From Bradymonadia bacterium (GTDB taxonomy: Bacteria; Myxococcota_A; Bradymonadia; UBA7976; UBA1532): a stretch of 64,000 bases of DNA. Position numbers and translations under genes: made by a program. Below the pieces are notes generated by a model, which worked only from the letters and a program-made list of their open reading frames with translations, did not search any database and was not told the DNA's origin. The stretch is taken from assembly GCA_046290225.1 (NCBI GenBank), contig JBKAGE010000036.1, positions 300,918 to 364,917 of the forward strand, read 5' to 3'. Position 1 is the first letter of the stretch; every line of letters begins with the position of its first letter. Shown here piece after piece: positions 8,862 through 19,214 of the stretch.

Positions 8862-10019
8862 TCAAAAGATGGTACGTCGCAATCTGATGTTGAGCAGCAG
8901 GCCAAAGGCGGCCATCACCGTCAACACAGAAGAGCCGCCATAGCTCATCAGCGGCAGCGTCACCCCGGTCACTGGCAAGATGTTGAGCACCATACCCACG
9001 TTCATGAACACCTGCCAGAACAGCAGCGCCGCCACCCCCACCGCCACGTGACCCCCGAACTTCTCCCGAGCCTGAACGGCGATGCGCAGGGCCCACAAGA
9101 TGATGGCCATGTACAGCAACAACACCCCAGCGGCGCCGATGAAGCCCTGCTCTTCGGCGAAGTTGGCGAAGACGAAGTCGGTGTGGTTCTCGGGGAGGAA
9201 GCCCCCGGAGACCTGCGTGCCCTGACCGTGCCCCTTGCCGAAAAACTGACCGCTGCCCACGGCCACTCGAGCCTGGAAAGCGTGCCAGCCAGATCCGAGG
9301 GTGTCGGTCTTGCCGTCGAGCAAGGTGAGGATGCGATCTTTCTGGTAGTCCCGGAGCACGAACATCCACATCAGAGGCATCGCCGCGATGCCTGCACCGA
9401 TGAGGCTCATGAGGGCTCGACGATCGAAGCGCTCGAAGGCCAGCATCGACATCCCGATGAACATGATCATCAGCGTGTGGCCGAGATCAGGCTCCTGTAG
9501 AATCAGGAACATGGGCATGCCGAGCAGGGCTGCGGCGGGTACGAGATCCCGCAGGCTGTACCCCCCAGGGCGCCGTACCTTGTTGAACCATGTGGCCAAC
9601 ATCAAGATGACTGCCAGCTTCGCAAGCTCGGAGGGCTGGAAGCTGGTGCCACCGAAGTCGAACCACCGCCGCGATCCGTTCACCTCCTTGCCCACGACGA
9701 GCACCAGGGCGAGCAGGACGACGACGCAGGTGTAGAAGATGGGGGCGTAGCGCTGCAGGCTGCGGTAGTTGATGGCCGCCACCACGGCCATCACCCCAGT
9801 GCCGATGAGCAGGAAGTACACCTGCTTCATGTAGATCTGACTGTTCGCTGCCGCAGAGGTGCTCTGCAGGTTGATTACGCCGATGCTGGCGAGCAGGGCC
9901 ACCATGCCCAGCAACGCCCAGTCGATCCGCCCGATGGCGGACTGTTGTCTTGAGACTGCCACCTCGAACTCACTGCACGGTGGGGCCGGCGGCCTCACCC
10001 TCACCTTCGTCCACGTCAT
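8862..10019 (-). CDS. rodA: Rod-shape peptidoglycan glycosyltransferase RodA (FtsW/RodA/SpoVE family)
   Basis: 385-aa polytopic membrane protein directly downstream of PBP2. It ends with the family signature LPVTGVTLPLMSYGGSS. ATG 10019 overlaps mrdA by 50 nt, and an alternative GTG at 9962 lies 8 nt after the mrdA stop. Confidence 0.9.
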   Translation of the reverse strand: MTWTKVRVRPPAPPCSEFEVAVSRQQSAIGRIDWALLGMVALLASIGVINLQSTSAAANSQIYMKQVYFLLIGTGVMAVVAAINYRSLQRYAPIFYTCVVVLLALVLVVGKEVNGSRRWFDFGGTSFQPSELAKLAVILMLATWFNKVRRPGGYSLRDLVPAAALLGMPMFLILQEPDLGHTLMIMFIGMSMLAFERFDRRALMSLIGAGIAAMPLMWMFVLRDYQKDRILTLLDGKTDTLGSGWHAFQARVAVGSGQFFGKGHGQGTQVSGGFLPENHTDFVFANFAEEQGFIGAAGVLLLYMAIILWALRIAVQAREKFGGHVAVGVAALLFWQVFMNVGMVLNILPVTGVTLPLMSYGGSSVLTVMAAFGLLLNIRLRRTIF

Positions 10020-11970
10020 TGCTCACGTGGGCGGTGAAGATGGGCTCGATGCGCTCGTGATACGCCTGCACAATCTTGGAGAACAGTGGGGCGGCGTCCT
10101 TGCCACCGCTGCCGCCGTGCTCCAGGAACACCACCACGGCAATTTTCGGGTTCTCTGCAGGGGCGTAGCCAGCGAACCAGGCATGGTTGCGATCGCGGAA
10201 CCGCTTCACTTTCTGGCGGTTTCCGTGACGGATGATCTTGCGCACCTGGGCGGTGCCTGTCTTGCCGGCAACTGGACCGTAGGGGACCTGGGCGAGATGG
10301 GCGGTGCCTCGCTCTTCGTCCATGATGGCTTGCTGCAAGGCCACCTGGATCGCATGCAGGTGCGCTTCGCTGGCCTGCAGGTTGCCGATGACCGTGGGCT
10401 CGTACCGACTCACCACCTTGCCATCACGGGTCTGAATGCGATCGACGATGCGGGGGGCGAACAGGCTACCCCCGTTGGCGAGAGCAGCGTAGGCCATGGC
10501 CATCTGCAGCGGGCTGGTGCGTACATCGCCCTGGCCCACTGCGGTAGAAAGCGCCAGACCATACTGGTAGCCGCCGTCGGTGTGCTCTTCGTGCCACTGC
10601 TTGGTGGGCACCAGCCCCGGGGATTCGCCGTTGATGCGCAGCGTGGTGCGCTTCCCGAAGCCAAAGCGCTTGGCATAAATCGACAACGTGTCGATCTGCA
10701 GCACCTCACCGAGCTTGTAGAAATACACGTCTGCCGAGGCGGCCATGGCCTGGGCGAGGTTGATCACCCCGTGGCCAGAGAGCTTGTGGCAGTGAAAGAT
10801 GCGGTTACCGAACTCGTACTTACCGGGGCTGTCGATCTCGGTCTCGGGGGTGATGATGCCTTCCTGCAGCGCAGCGAGGGCGGTGACCACCTTGTAGACA
10901 GATCCAGGGAAGTACGAGTGCACGCTCTTGTCGAGCATGGGGTTGAAGGGGTTCTCGTCGATGGCCCGCTTCACCTCACGGCTGAGGCGCCCTGACCACT
11001 GGTTCGGATCGAAGCCGGGCTTCGACACGATGCCCTTCACGGTGCCATCGTGTATGTCCACCACCACGGCGGCGCCTGAGTCATAACGCGCGAGGGTGGA
11101 CTCGAGCAGCTTCTGCACGTCTTTGTCGATGGTGAGCACGAGATCGAACCCCGGCTCAGGGTTCTTGATGATGTCGGTCTCCACCCGCTTGAGCACGCTC
11201 TGGTCGACCTCTTTGCTCCCTCGGGCGTCGACGACGTGACGCCAGAACCCGTCACGGCCGGCGAGGATCTCGTCGTACCGCCGCTCGAGGCCGGACCGAC
11301 CGATCATCGAGTCGGCCTCAATGCCCCGATCGGCCATGGCTCGGAGCTCTCGGGCGTTGGGCTTGCCCAGGTAGCCCAGCAGGTGAGCGCCGCTCTCTTT
11401 CTCGGGGTAGGTACGCTGATGGTGCACCTGCACCTCGAGGCCGTCGATGCGAGCCCGCAGCGCCTCGAGGCGTGCCACGCGGGTGCGATCGATGTCCCGC
11501 TTCACCCGAAACCCCTTGTGTCGCCAGATGCCCCGAGGGTGCTCGATGCGCTCCCTCAGCCGCTCCTGATCCAGGGCGTCGAGGCCGAGCACGTCACCGA
11601 GGCCCTTGAGCAGCGCGTCGATGTCGGTCACCTGAGCGGGCGTCACATAGAGATCGAAAGAGGGCCGATCATAGGCAAGCACATTGCCGTTGATGTCGTA
11701 GATCGAGCCACGGCTCGCGGGCCGATTCTCTTTGCGCATGAAGTTGCGCTCGGCCACCTCTCGGAGCTCATCGCCCTTGACGATCTGCAAATCGACGAGT
11801 CGGAGGATGAAGATGGAGAACACCCCGAGCACCGCCAGGACCAGGCGCCGCGCCCGCTGCCGATAACCGGCGGCGGAGGAGTCGAGGTAGACGTCGTTCT
11901 CCACAACCTGCTCCCCAGCCTTCGAGGGCTGTTCGCAGTGAGGGCCGAGATCGAAGATCCCAGGGCTCAA
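9970..11970 (-). CDS. mrdA: Penicillin-binding protein 2 (elongasome transpeptidase)
   Basis: 666 aa with an N-terminal membrane anchor, an SxxK motif (PGSVYKV) and KTGTA near the C-terminus. It lies upstream of rodA. The TTG start is uncertain. Confidence 0.9.
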   Translation of the reverse strand: MSPGIFDLGPHCEQPSKAGEQVVENDVYLDSSAAGYRQRARRLVLAVLGVFSIFILRLVDLQIVKGDELREVAERNFMRKENRPASRGSIYDINGNVLAYDRPSFDLYVTPAQVTDIDALLKGLGDVLGLDALDQERLRERIEHPRGIWRHKGFRVKRDIDRTRVARLEALRARIDGLEVQVHHQRTYPEKESGAHLLGYLGKPNARELRAMADRGIEADSMIGRSGLERRYDEILAGRDGFWRHVVDARGSKEVDQSVLKRVETDIIKNPEPGFDLVLTIDKDVQKLLESTLARYDSGAAVVVDIHDGTVKGIVSKPGFDPNQWSGRLSREVKRAIDENPFNPMLDKSVHSYFPGSVYKVVTALAALQEGIITPETEIDSPGKYEFGNRIFHCHKLSGHGVINLAQAMAASADVYFYKLGEVLQIDTLSIYAKRFGFGKRTTLRINGESPGLVPTKQWHEEHTDGGYQYGLALSTAVGQGDVRTSPLQMAMAYAALANGGSLFAPRIVDRIQTRDGKVVSRYEPTVIGNLQASEAHLHAIQVALQQAIMDEERGTAHLAQVPYGPVAGKTGTAQVRKIIRHGNRQKVKRFRDRNHAWFAGYAPAENPKIAVVVFLEHGGSGGKDAAPLFSKIVQAYHERIEPIFTAHVSNDVDEGEGEAAGPTVQ

Positions 11971-12156
11971 AGACGCGAAAGGCTAGCAGAACGCCCCTGA
12001 CCCCACAAGACGGGGCCATCTTGTGCAGCACGGTCATGACCCTCGAGGAATCCTCCCCGTCAGGGCCGGAATCCGTTATCTTGGCCGCCCCCAAGAGGGC
12101 CACCCTCCCCCCTCGGGACCAACTTCTAACCCCCCTCGCGACACGGGAGCCTCATC

Positions 12157-13410
12157 ATGTCCTTGCGTCGGCGCGCCTTCGTCCTCGGAGGCCACATCAC
12201 CCCCTTCATCGGCAAGCACCACCCCGACTTCATCTGGAAGCGCCATCCTGACTTCGGCACGCGGGAGAACCCCACCCTCGAGGACTACATCCTCAAGGCG
12301 GTGACCGGCGCCCTCGAGTCCACGGGCACCCCGGCGAGCGCCATCGAGAAGGGTTGGATCGGCAACTTCTGTGGTGAGCTGTTCAGCAACCAGGGCCACT
12401 TGGGGCCTGCCGTGGCCGGTGCCCACCCCGACTTGCTGTTCAAGCCCTTCATGCGCGTCGAAGGGGCCTGCGCCTCCGGCGGTCTGGCCTTTGTGAGCGC
12501 TCTGGAGTCGATCCAGGCCGGGACCGATGTCACCCTGGTGGTGGGCGCCGAGGTTCAGACCACCGTCTCCGCCCGTGAGGGTGGCGACTTCCTCGCTCGG
12601 GCCTCTCACTACCGGCGCCAGCGCCCCATCGACGACTTCACCTTCCCCGCCATGTTCGCCAACCGGAACATGCACTATCAGCAGGCCACCGATCTCACCG
12701 CCGCCGATCTGGCCAAGGTGAGCGCCAAGGCCTACGCCAACGCCAACAAGAATCCCCTGGCCCACATGCGGGCGGTCACCATGACCGAGACCGACATCCT
12801 CGAGGGCAAGAACCCGCAGTTCCTGAGCAACGAGGCCCTCAAGCCCTACCTGCACATGAGCGACTGCTCTCAGGTCTCCGATGGTGGCGCCGCCATGATC
12901 GTCGTGAGCGAGGAGGGACTGGCCAAGCTGGGCAAGACCCCCGCCGACGCCATCGAGGTCCTCTCCATAGGCCACGCCACGGGCAACCTCTTCGTCGACG
13001 CCGATCCGCTCCGTCTGCTCACCACCGAGGCCGCCGTGTCCAAGGCATATGAGGGCGCTGGCCTGAAGGCCGAGGATGTCCAGATCGCCGAGGTCCACGA
13101 CTGCTTCACCATCACCGAGGTGCTGATGTACGAGGCCATCGGCCTTGCAGCCCACGGCAAAGGCGCCCACTTGATCCGGGAGGGGCACACCAACCTCGAA
13201 GGCAAGATCCCCGTGAACACCGGCGGCGGCCTGGTGGGCTACGGTCACCCCGTGGGGGCCACAGGCATCAAGCAGGTGCTGGAGATCTTCCGCCAGATGA
13301 AGGGGCAGTGCGGCGACTATCAGGTGTCCAGCACTCCTGAGGTGGGCCTGTGCGCCAACATGGGCGGCGACGACAAGACCGCCGTGGTCACCGTGCTGGC
13401 CAACCGCTGA
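12157..13410 (+). CDS. Thiolase-family protein (SCP-x / thiolase-domain type acetyl-CoA acyltransferase)
   Basis: 417 aa with active-site region RVEGACASGG, HDCFT, and C-terminal GGGLVGYGHPVGATG. The opposing 12076..13248 ORF is its shadow. Confidence 0.85.
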   Translation: MSLRRRAFVLGGHITPFIGKHHPDFIWKRHPDFGTRENPTLEDYILKAVTGALESTGTPASAIEKGWIGNFCGELFSNQGHLGPAVAGAHPDLLFKPFMRVEGACASGGLAFVSALESIQAGTDVTLVVGAEVQTTVSAREGGDFLARASHYRRQRPIDDFTFPAMFANRNMHYQQATDLTAADLAKVSAKAYANANKNPLAHMRAVTMTETDILEGKNPQFLSNEALKPYLHMSDCSQVSDGGAAMIVVSEEGLAKLGKTPADAIEVLSIGHATGNLFVDADPLRLLTTEAAVSKAYEGAGLKAEDVQIAEVHDCFTITEVLMYEAIGLAAHGKGAHLIREGHTNLEGKIPVNTGGGLVGYGHPVGATGIKQVLEIFRQMKGQCGDYQVSSTPEVGLCANMGGDDKTAVVTVLANR

Positions 13411-13413
13411 AGC

Positions 13414-13441
13414 TGATGGTGGGCTCGACGGCCCACCATCA
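13414..13441. terminator. 11-bp-stem hairpin between convergent thiolase and mreD genes
   Basis: TGATGGTGGGC-tcgacg-GCCCACCATCA. It starts 4 nt after the thiolase stop, and its right arm contains the mreD stop codon. There is no U-tract, so its function as a terminator is inferred. Confidence 0.45.
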
Positions 13442-13948
13442 ACTCAACAGATCGTTCTCCACACGGCGCACCGCCAGCGACTGCACCCAATTGAAGATGG
13501 GGAACAAAATCGGCACGCAGATCAGCACCAGGGTGATGCGGGGGATCAACAATGCCCCCACCCTGGCGTTGAGGGCCGTATCTCCGAGGAACACCCTGCT
13601 GATCAGGGCCATGCACAACAGGCTGGCCAGCCCCCCGAGCCCTCCGAGCATCAGTCGCCCGAAGAATCCGCGAAAGGCCACCCGCTCGGCGAGCCCGCGG
13701 GCGAGGTAGTAGATCAACAAGCCATGGAGCATGTGCAGCCCCGCCGGGGCCGTGGTGATGCCGTCTTTGAGCAGCCCCACCAGCGTCGTGGTGAGTGGCC
13801 CCGAAGGCCCCTGGCGGGTGCTGCCCAGCCACAGGATCAACACCGTGGTGGTCTCCGGTGCCCAGGCATCGAGGGCCCAGGCCTCGCGGCAAAACAGATC
13901 GAAAGACAGGGTGACGAGACCCAGCAACAGGGCCACAAAGGCGCTCAT
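13439..13948 (-). CDS. mreD: Rod shape-determining protein MreD
   Basis: 169-aa hydrophobic protein. Its ATG overlaps the mreC stop (ATGA), and it is third in the mreBCD order. Confidence 0.75.
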   Translation of the reverse strand: MSAFVALLLGLVTLSFDLFCREAWALDAWAPETTTVLILWLGSTRQGPSGPLTTTLVGLLKDGITTAPAGLHMLHGLLIYYLARGLAERVAFRGFFGRLMLGGLGGLASLLCMALISRVFLGDTALNARVGALLIPRITLVLICVPILFPIFNWVQSLAVRRVENDLLS

Positions 13949-14841
13949 GGGCTGTCCTCTTCGGGCTCTGGCGGGGCCAGCTCCGACCCGTCGGGGGTGA
14001 GCCCCGTGGGACCGAGCACTACGAAGACCTCGTCGAGATCGCTCAGATCGACCATGGGCCGGGCCACTGCTTCTTGGAACATGCCGTGGCGGGTGCGGTT
14101 GACGTCGGCCACCTCACCGACCACCAGCCCACGTGGGTAACGGCCATCGTCGCCGGTGGTGACCACCCGCTCGCCGTGTACGGTCTCGATGTTGCGCTCG
14201 AGGTACTCCAGGCGCGCGGCATATCGGTCAGCCTCACCGGTGCCCACAGCGATGCCTCGGGCCTTGCTCTTCTCGAGCACCACGTCGATGGCGCTGCGGG
14301 GATCGGTGACCAGCATCACCTCGGCGCGATCGCCGTTGACCGTGCGCACCTGCCCCACCACACCGCCTTCGGCGATGACCGGCATGCCCTCTTCGATGTC
14401 GACCCCCTCACCGCTCACGTCGAGGGTGATGCGGATCACGCGGAAGTAGGCGCTCGTCGTGCGAGAGACCACCCGGGCTGCTCTCAAACGCAGATCTTTT
14501 CGGCGATCACCGAGCTGGAGCAGCCCACGCAAGCGCTCGTTCTCTGCACGCAGCTCGTCCACCTCGGCGAGTGTGGAGCGCAAACGCTTCAGCTCGCTCT
14601 TCAGTGCCTCGTGCTCTTCGCGCAGATCGAGCACGGCCACGTAGCCATCCCACCAGCCGCGAATGCCGGAAGCCGCCTGAACCACGGCGTCATGGAGCGG
14701 AGAGACCACCACTGAGAGCACCCGGCCCACGGGGCCTGGCGATCTGCCCTGACGATCGAGCTGCAGCAACAGAATGGCAGAGAGGATGAGGCCGATGCCG
14801 AGGAGCACACCGGCGAGAGGAGAGCGCTGTCGAGTTCTCAC
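13945..14841 (-). CDS. mreC: Rod shape-determining protein MreC
   Basis: 298 aa with an N-terminal anchor, a coiled coil (EHEALKSELKRLRSTLAEVDELRAENERLRGLL), then a beta-barrel region. It lies between mreB and mreD. Confidence 0.85.
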   Translation of the reverse strand: MRTRQRSPLAGVLLGIGLILSAILLLQLDRQGRSPGPVGRVLSVVVSPLHDAVVQAASGIRGWWDGYVAVLDLREEHEALKSELKRLRSTLAEVDELRAENERLRGLLQLGDRRKDLRLRAARVVSRTTSAYFRVIRITLDVSGEGVDIEEGMPVIAEGGVVGQVRTVNGDRAEVMLVTDPRSAIDVVLEKSKARGIAVGTGEADRYAARLEYLERNIETVHGERVVTTGDDGRYPRGLVVGEVADVNRTRHGMFQEAVARPMVDLSDLDEVFVVLGPTGLTPDGSELAPPEPEEDSP

Positions 14842-14865
14842 GATCGATTTGAGTGGCCGTCGAGA

Positions 14866-16023
<1,158 letters not shown>

Positions 16024-16050
16024 TCAACGAGCCAGAGCCCGGATCACGTT

Positions 16051-17871
16051 ATGCTGACCAATATGCGAGAGAAGTCTCAGAACTTCGGCATCTATTTCCT
16101 GTTCGCCATATTGATCTTCGTGTTCATTTTCCTGTTCGGCCCTCAAAGCGAAGGCTGTCAGGGCTCCTCTGCTGTACAGGCCCGCGTGGGCTGGGCCGCC
16201 ACGGTGGCCAACGCTGAGCTGACCCAGGAAGAAGTCGAAGTTCAGCTCAAGCGAAAGTATCGCAACCTGAGCGATCTCTCCGCCGCCGATCTCGCCCAGC
16301 TGCGCCGCGAGGTGCTGATGCAGCTGATCGACGTCACCCGCATGGCTCAGAAAGCTCAGTCCATGGGCCTGGCCATCGACAAGGAGACGATCACCAACTT
16401 CATCGTCAGCAAGGACAACCCCGACTTCTTCGCCTTCGCCATCAAGGTGGGCACGGGGAACACCAAGGACGACTTCCGGTTCGACGTCGACACCTACCGC
16501 TCTGTGGTGCGCCAAGTCTTCGGCATCAACGACGAGGAGTACCGCCGCATCATCGAGCAGGAGCTGCTCGTACAGCGCTACATGGAGTTCCTCACCGAGC
16601 AGGTGCAGGTGAGCAAGGCCGAGGCCCAGGAGGCCTACGAGCGCCGCGAGCGCAAGTGGAACCTCGAGTTCGTCACCTTCGACGCCGCCAAGGTCACCGA
16701 GCTGACCCCGGCCACCCCCGAAGAGGGTGCAGCCTACGCCAAGGCCAACGCCGACGAGATCTCGAAGTACTACGAGGACAACAAGGGCGTCTACGTGCAC
16801 GATAAAGAGGTGAAGGTCCGCCGGATCCTCCTGAAGCTGCCCAAGGGGGCCGACGACGCCAAGAAGGCCGAGCTGAAGAAGAAGGCTGAAGAGATCCTCG
16901 CCGAGGCAAAGGCCGAGGGCGCCGACTTCGAGGCCATCGCCCGGGAGAAGTCCGAGGGCTACTACAAGAACTTCGGTGGCGACATGGGCTGGCGCAGCTC
17001 CGACAACTCCCCTGCCGAGGACTACAAGGTCTACGCCGGCCTCGAGAAGGGTCAGATCTCCGCCGTGAGCGAGAACGCCTCCGGCTTCTGGATCGTGAAG
17101 GCCGACGACGTCAAGCCCGCCATCGACCGCAAGCTCGACGCCGTGCGCGATGAGATCGGTCAGATCCTCGCCTCGAAGACCAAGCGCCGCACCCAGGCCA
17201 AGGCCGACGCTGAGGCCCTCCTGGCCAAGGTCAAGGGTGGCAATGTGACCCTCGCCGAGCTCGCCAAGCCCGCCGAGGAAGCCACCCCCGAGATGCCCAA
17301 GCCGGAAATGCCCAAGCCCGAGATGCCCAAGCCCGAAAAAGAGGGCGACACCCCGGCGATGCCCAAGCCTGAGACCGCTCAGAACACGCCCAAGAAGCCG
17401 GCCTTCAAGGTGCAGGAGACGGGCATGTTCAACGACGATCGCCCCAACTGGGAGATCATCCCCAAGATGGGCAAGGTGCCCGAGCTCGCCGGCGTGCTCA
17501 ACAGCCTCACCAAGGAGAAGCCCCAACCTGGCCAGCTCTTCGAGGCCAACGACCGCTTCTTCGTCGTGCGGCTCAAAGATGCTCAGGATCCCAACATGGA
17601 GCTCTTCGAGAAAGAGGCCGACGATCTCACCAACCGCCTGCGGCGCCAGCGTCAGGGGCAGCTCGTGGGTCAGTGGCGGGGTTACCTCTTCGGTCAGGCC
17701 CAGTACCGCGACTTTGTCAAGCAGCGTGGCCTCGGCCTCCTGGCCCTGGCGCTGCCCGAGGTCGAGAAGGACAGCAGCATCAAGGTGAACACTCAGGCCT
17801 TCCCTGGTCCGCCTGCTCCTCCTGCGGCCCCCGGCACCGATGCCAAGGCCAACCCCACCAAGGGTGGCTGA
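16051..17871 (+). CDS. Periplasmic chaperone / parvulin-type peptidyl-prolyl isomerase (PpiD/SurA-like)
   Basis: Only the part from ATG 16051 (MLTNMREKSQNFGIYFLFAILIF, a TM anchor) is credible. The upstream 15211-16050 part of the 886-aa track ORF is antisense to mreB. It has a SurA-N-like region plus a rotamase domain (VKVRRILLKL...GGDMGW...GFWIVK). Confidence 0.75.
   Translation: MLTNMREKSQNFGIYFLFAILIFVFIFLFGPQSEGCQGSSAVQARVGWAATVANAELTQEEVEVQLKRKYRNLSDLSAADLAQLRREVLMQLIDVTRMAQKAQSMGLAIDKETITNFIVSKDNPDFFAFAIKVGTGNTKDDFRFDVDTYRSVVRQVFGINDEEYRRIIEQELLVQRYMEFLTEQVQVSKAEAQEAYERRERKWNLEFVTFDAAKVTELTPATPEEGAAYAKANADEISKYYEDNKGVYVHDKEVKVRRILLKLPKGADDAKKAELKKKAEEILAEAKAEGADFEAIAREKSEGYYKNFGGDMGWRSSDNSPAEDYKVYAGLEKGQISAVSENASGFWIVKADDVKPAIDRKLDAVRDEIGQILASKTKRRTQAKADAEALLAKVKGGNVTLAELAKPAEEATPEMPKPEMPKPEMPKPEKEGDTPAMPKPETAQNTPKKPAFKVQETGMFNDDRPNWEIIPKMGKVPELAGVLNSLTKEKPQPGQLFEANDRFFVVRLKDAQDPNMELFEKEADDLTNRLRRQRQGQLVGQWRGYLFGQAQYRDFVKQRGLGLLALALPEVEKDSSIKVNTQAFPGPPAPPAAPGTDAKANPTKGG
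17290..17334 (+). repeat. 3 x 15-bp in-frame tandem repeat (PEMPK) inside the PpiD-like gene
   Basis: gagatgcccaagccg / gaaatgcccaagccc / gagatgcccaagccc. Confidence 0.9.
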
Positions 17872-17909
17872 GCCATCATCGGCCTGACGATTCCAGGCCA
17901 GCACGCATG

Positions 17910-17938
17910 AAAAAGGCGCCCCTTGGGGCGCCTTTTTT
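17910..17938. terminator. Bidirectional intrinsic terminator between convergent genes
   Basis: AAAAA-GGCGCCCC-tt-GGGGCGCC-TTTTTT. This GC stem is flanked by an A-tract and a T-tract, 39 nt after the PpiD-like stop and 74 nt beyond the stop of the 18012..19214 gene. Confidence 0.7.
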
Positions 17939-17958
17939 GTTGGGCTCTTATGTGTATG

Positions 17959-18001
17959 GGCCCCTGTCTGGCCCCCCTATCTGGCCCCCCCTGTCTGGCC
18001 C
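17959..18001. repeat. Three tandem copies of a roughly 13-14 bp unit (CCCCTGTCTGGCC)
   Basis: cccctgtctggcc / cccctatctggcc / ccccctgtctggcc, in the intergenic tail next to the terminator. Confidence 0.8.
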
Positions 18002-18011
18002 AGAGTTGAAC

Positions 18012-19214
18012 TCAGCCGACGCGGTTCACACTCAACATCGCGTGTCGCATCTGGTTCAGCTCCACCATGTTGAGTGATCCAGAGCGCAGGTATGCGCGGC
18101 GAATCCCCCCCACCTGCTCGGCGAGCATGATCTCCGACAGCTCGTTGAGTCGCCGGGTCAGCCGCTCAAGTAGATTGCTCACTCGGCGGTGCTCTCCGTC
18201 AGCCTGGGCCCGACCCATGTCTTCCACCCATGACAGCAGCTCCACCCGATCCCGGGCAATGACGAGTGGGCTTTGGGCCATCAGACGCTGCTGGCCAGGC
18301 TGATCGACCGACACGACGATCTCGTGCTCAACCTCACTGGCGCGGCCTTGATCGCTCCAGCTCAACTTTGCAGTGCACACTCGATACATGCCAGCGACCC
18401 GTCGTGGGATCACCATGGTCATCAAAAACCGCGGTGTGCTCTGATCACCCATGGGGCCCGGATCGAGCATCAGTCGTCGCTCGGTGTGGCTGACCCGCAC
18501 CGCACCCAGGAATGCCCTGGTGGGTGCCAGGCGGAACATGTCTCCGGGCTGAACCCCGTGAGGGAAGCTCAGCTCGAGCTTGGGGTTGAGCACCCGCTGC
18601 CCCTGAAGCGCTGGCAAACGCCGTGCAAGTGGAGCACTGAGCTCATTGAGCTCCGTGGCCACCATGAGCGCCCCACCGCCGAGGTTGGCCAGGCGGTTGA
18701 GCAGGCCCAAATCGCTGGACATCGACACCACCAGGACGTCGATGCCGATGTTCGCCTGAGAGAGCTGGGTGGCCGCCCGAGTGAGTGCTTCGCCCCCTTC
18801 GTGGGTCATGCCGCTCACCACGAGGGTGACACGTCGGGCCACAGGTACCCCAGCAAAGGACTTCAGCGCTTCGTAGCCCGCCTCGAGGCCCTTGGTAATC
18901 GTGGGCTGAGGGCTCGACCACGCCATGCCTTCAGGATCCGCATCTACCGTGAGGCTGCGACCCCCTTCGCCGAGGATGACATCTTCGTCGCCCAGATGCG
19001 TGATGAGGCCAGCGATGGCCTGCCCGAGGTGAGCCTTGAGCGGACCATCGGGGTGAGCACACACAGGGATGACGGCCAGGACCAGAGGCGCTCGATCGGC
19101 GCCTTCGTGCCGCGCAGTGATGTCGAGGCTGAGGGTGAGGCTGGCCTCCTGCTCGGAGAGCGTGATCGCAGGTGGATCAACCCGCGCGTCGATGCTGATC
19201 TCAACAGCGCTCAC
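18012..19214 (-). CDS. vWA-fold protein with degenerate MIDAS plus a C-terminal beta-rich/helical domain
   Basis: 400 aa with a GTG start overlapping the upstream stop (GTGA). The strand pattern PLVLAVIPVCAHPDG ... VTLVVSGMTHEG ... IDVLVVSMSSDLGLLNRLANLGGGAL matches the vWA beta1/beta4/beta5 layout, but the DxSxS motif is missing. Confidence 0.5.
   Translation of the reverse strand: MSAVEISIDARVDPPAITLSEQEASLTLSLDITARHEGADRAPLVLAVIPVCAHPDGPLKAHLGQAIAGLITHLGDEDVILGEGGRSLTVDADPEGMAWSSPQPTITKGLEAGYEALKSFAGVPVARRVTLVVSGMTHEGGEALTRAATQLSQANIGIDVLVVSMSSDLGLLNRLANLGGGALMVATELNELSAPLARRLPALQGQRVLNPKLELSFPHGVQPGDMFRLAPTRAFLGAVRVSHTERRLMLDPGPMGDQSTPRFLMTMVIPRRVAGMYRVCTAKLSWSDQGRASEVEHEIVVSVDQPGQQRLMAQSPLVIARDRVELLSWVEDMGRAQADGEHRRVSNLLERLTRRLNELSEIMLAEQVGGIRRAYLRSGSLNMVELNQMRHAMLSVNRVG

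Noticed and set aside
12076-13248. 390-aa minus ORF
   Set aside because: It is the antisense shadow of the thiolase gene, which has clear active-site motifs.
16024-17904. 626-aa minus ORF
   Set aside because: It is the antisense shadow of the PpiD-like gene, Leu/Gly/Val/Glu-rich with no motifs.
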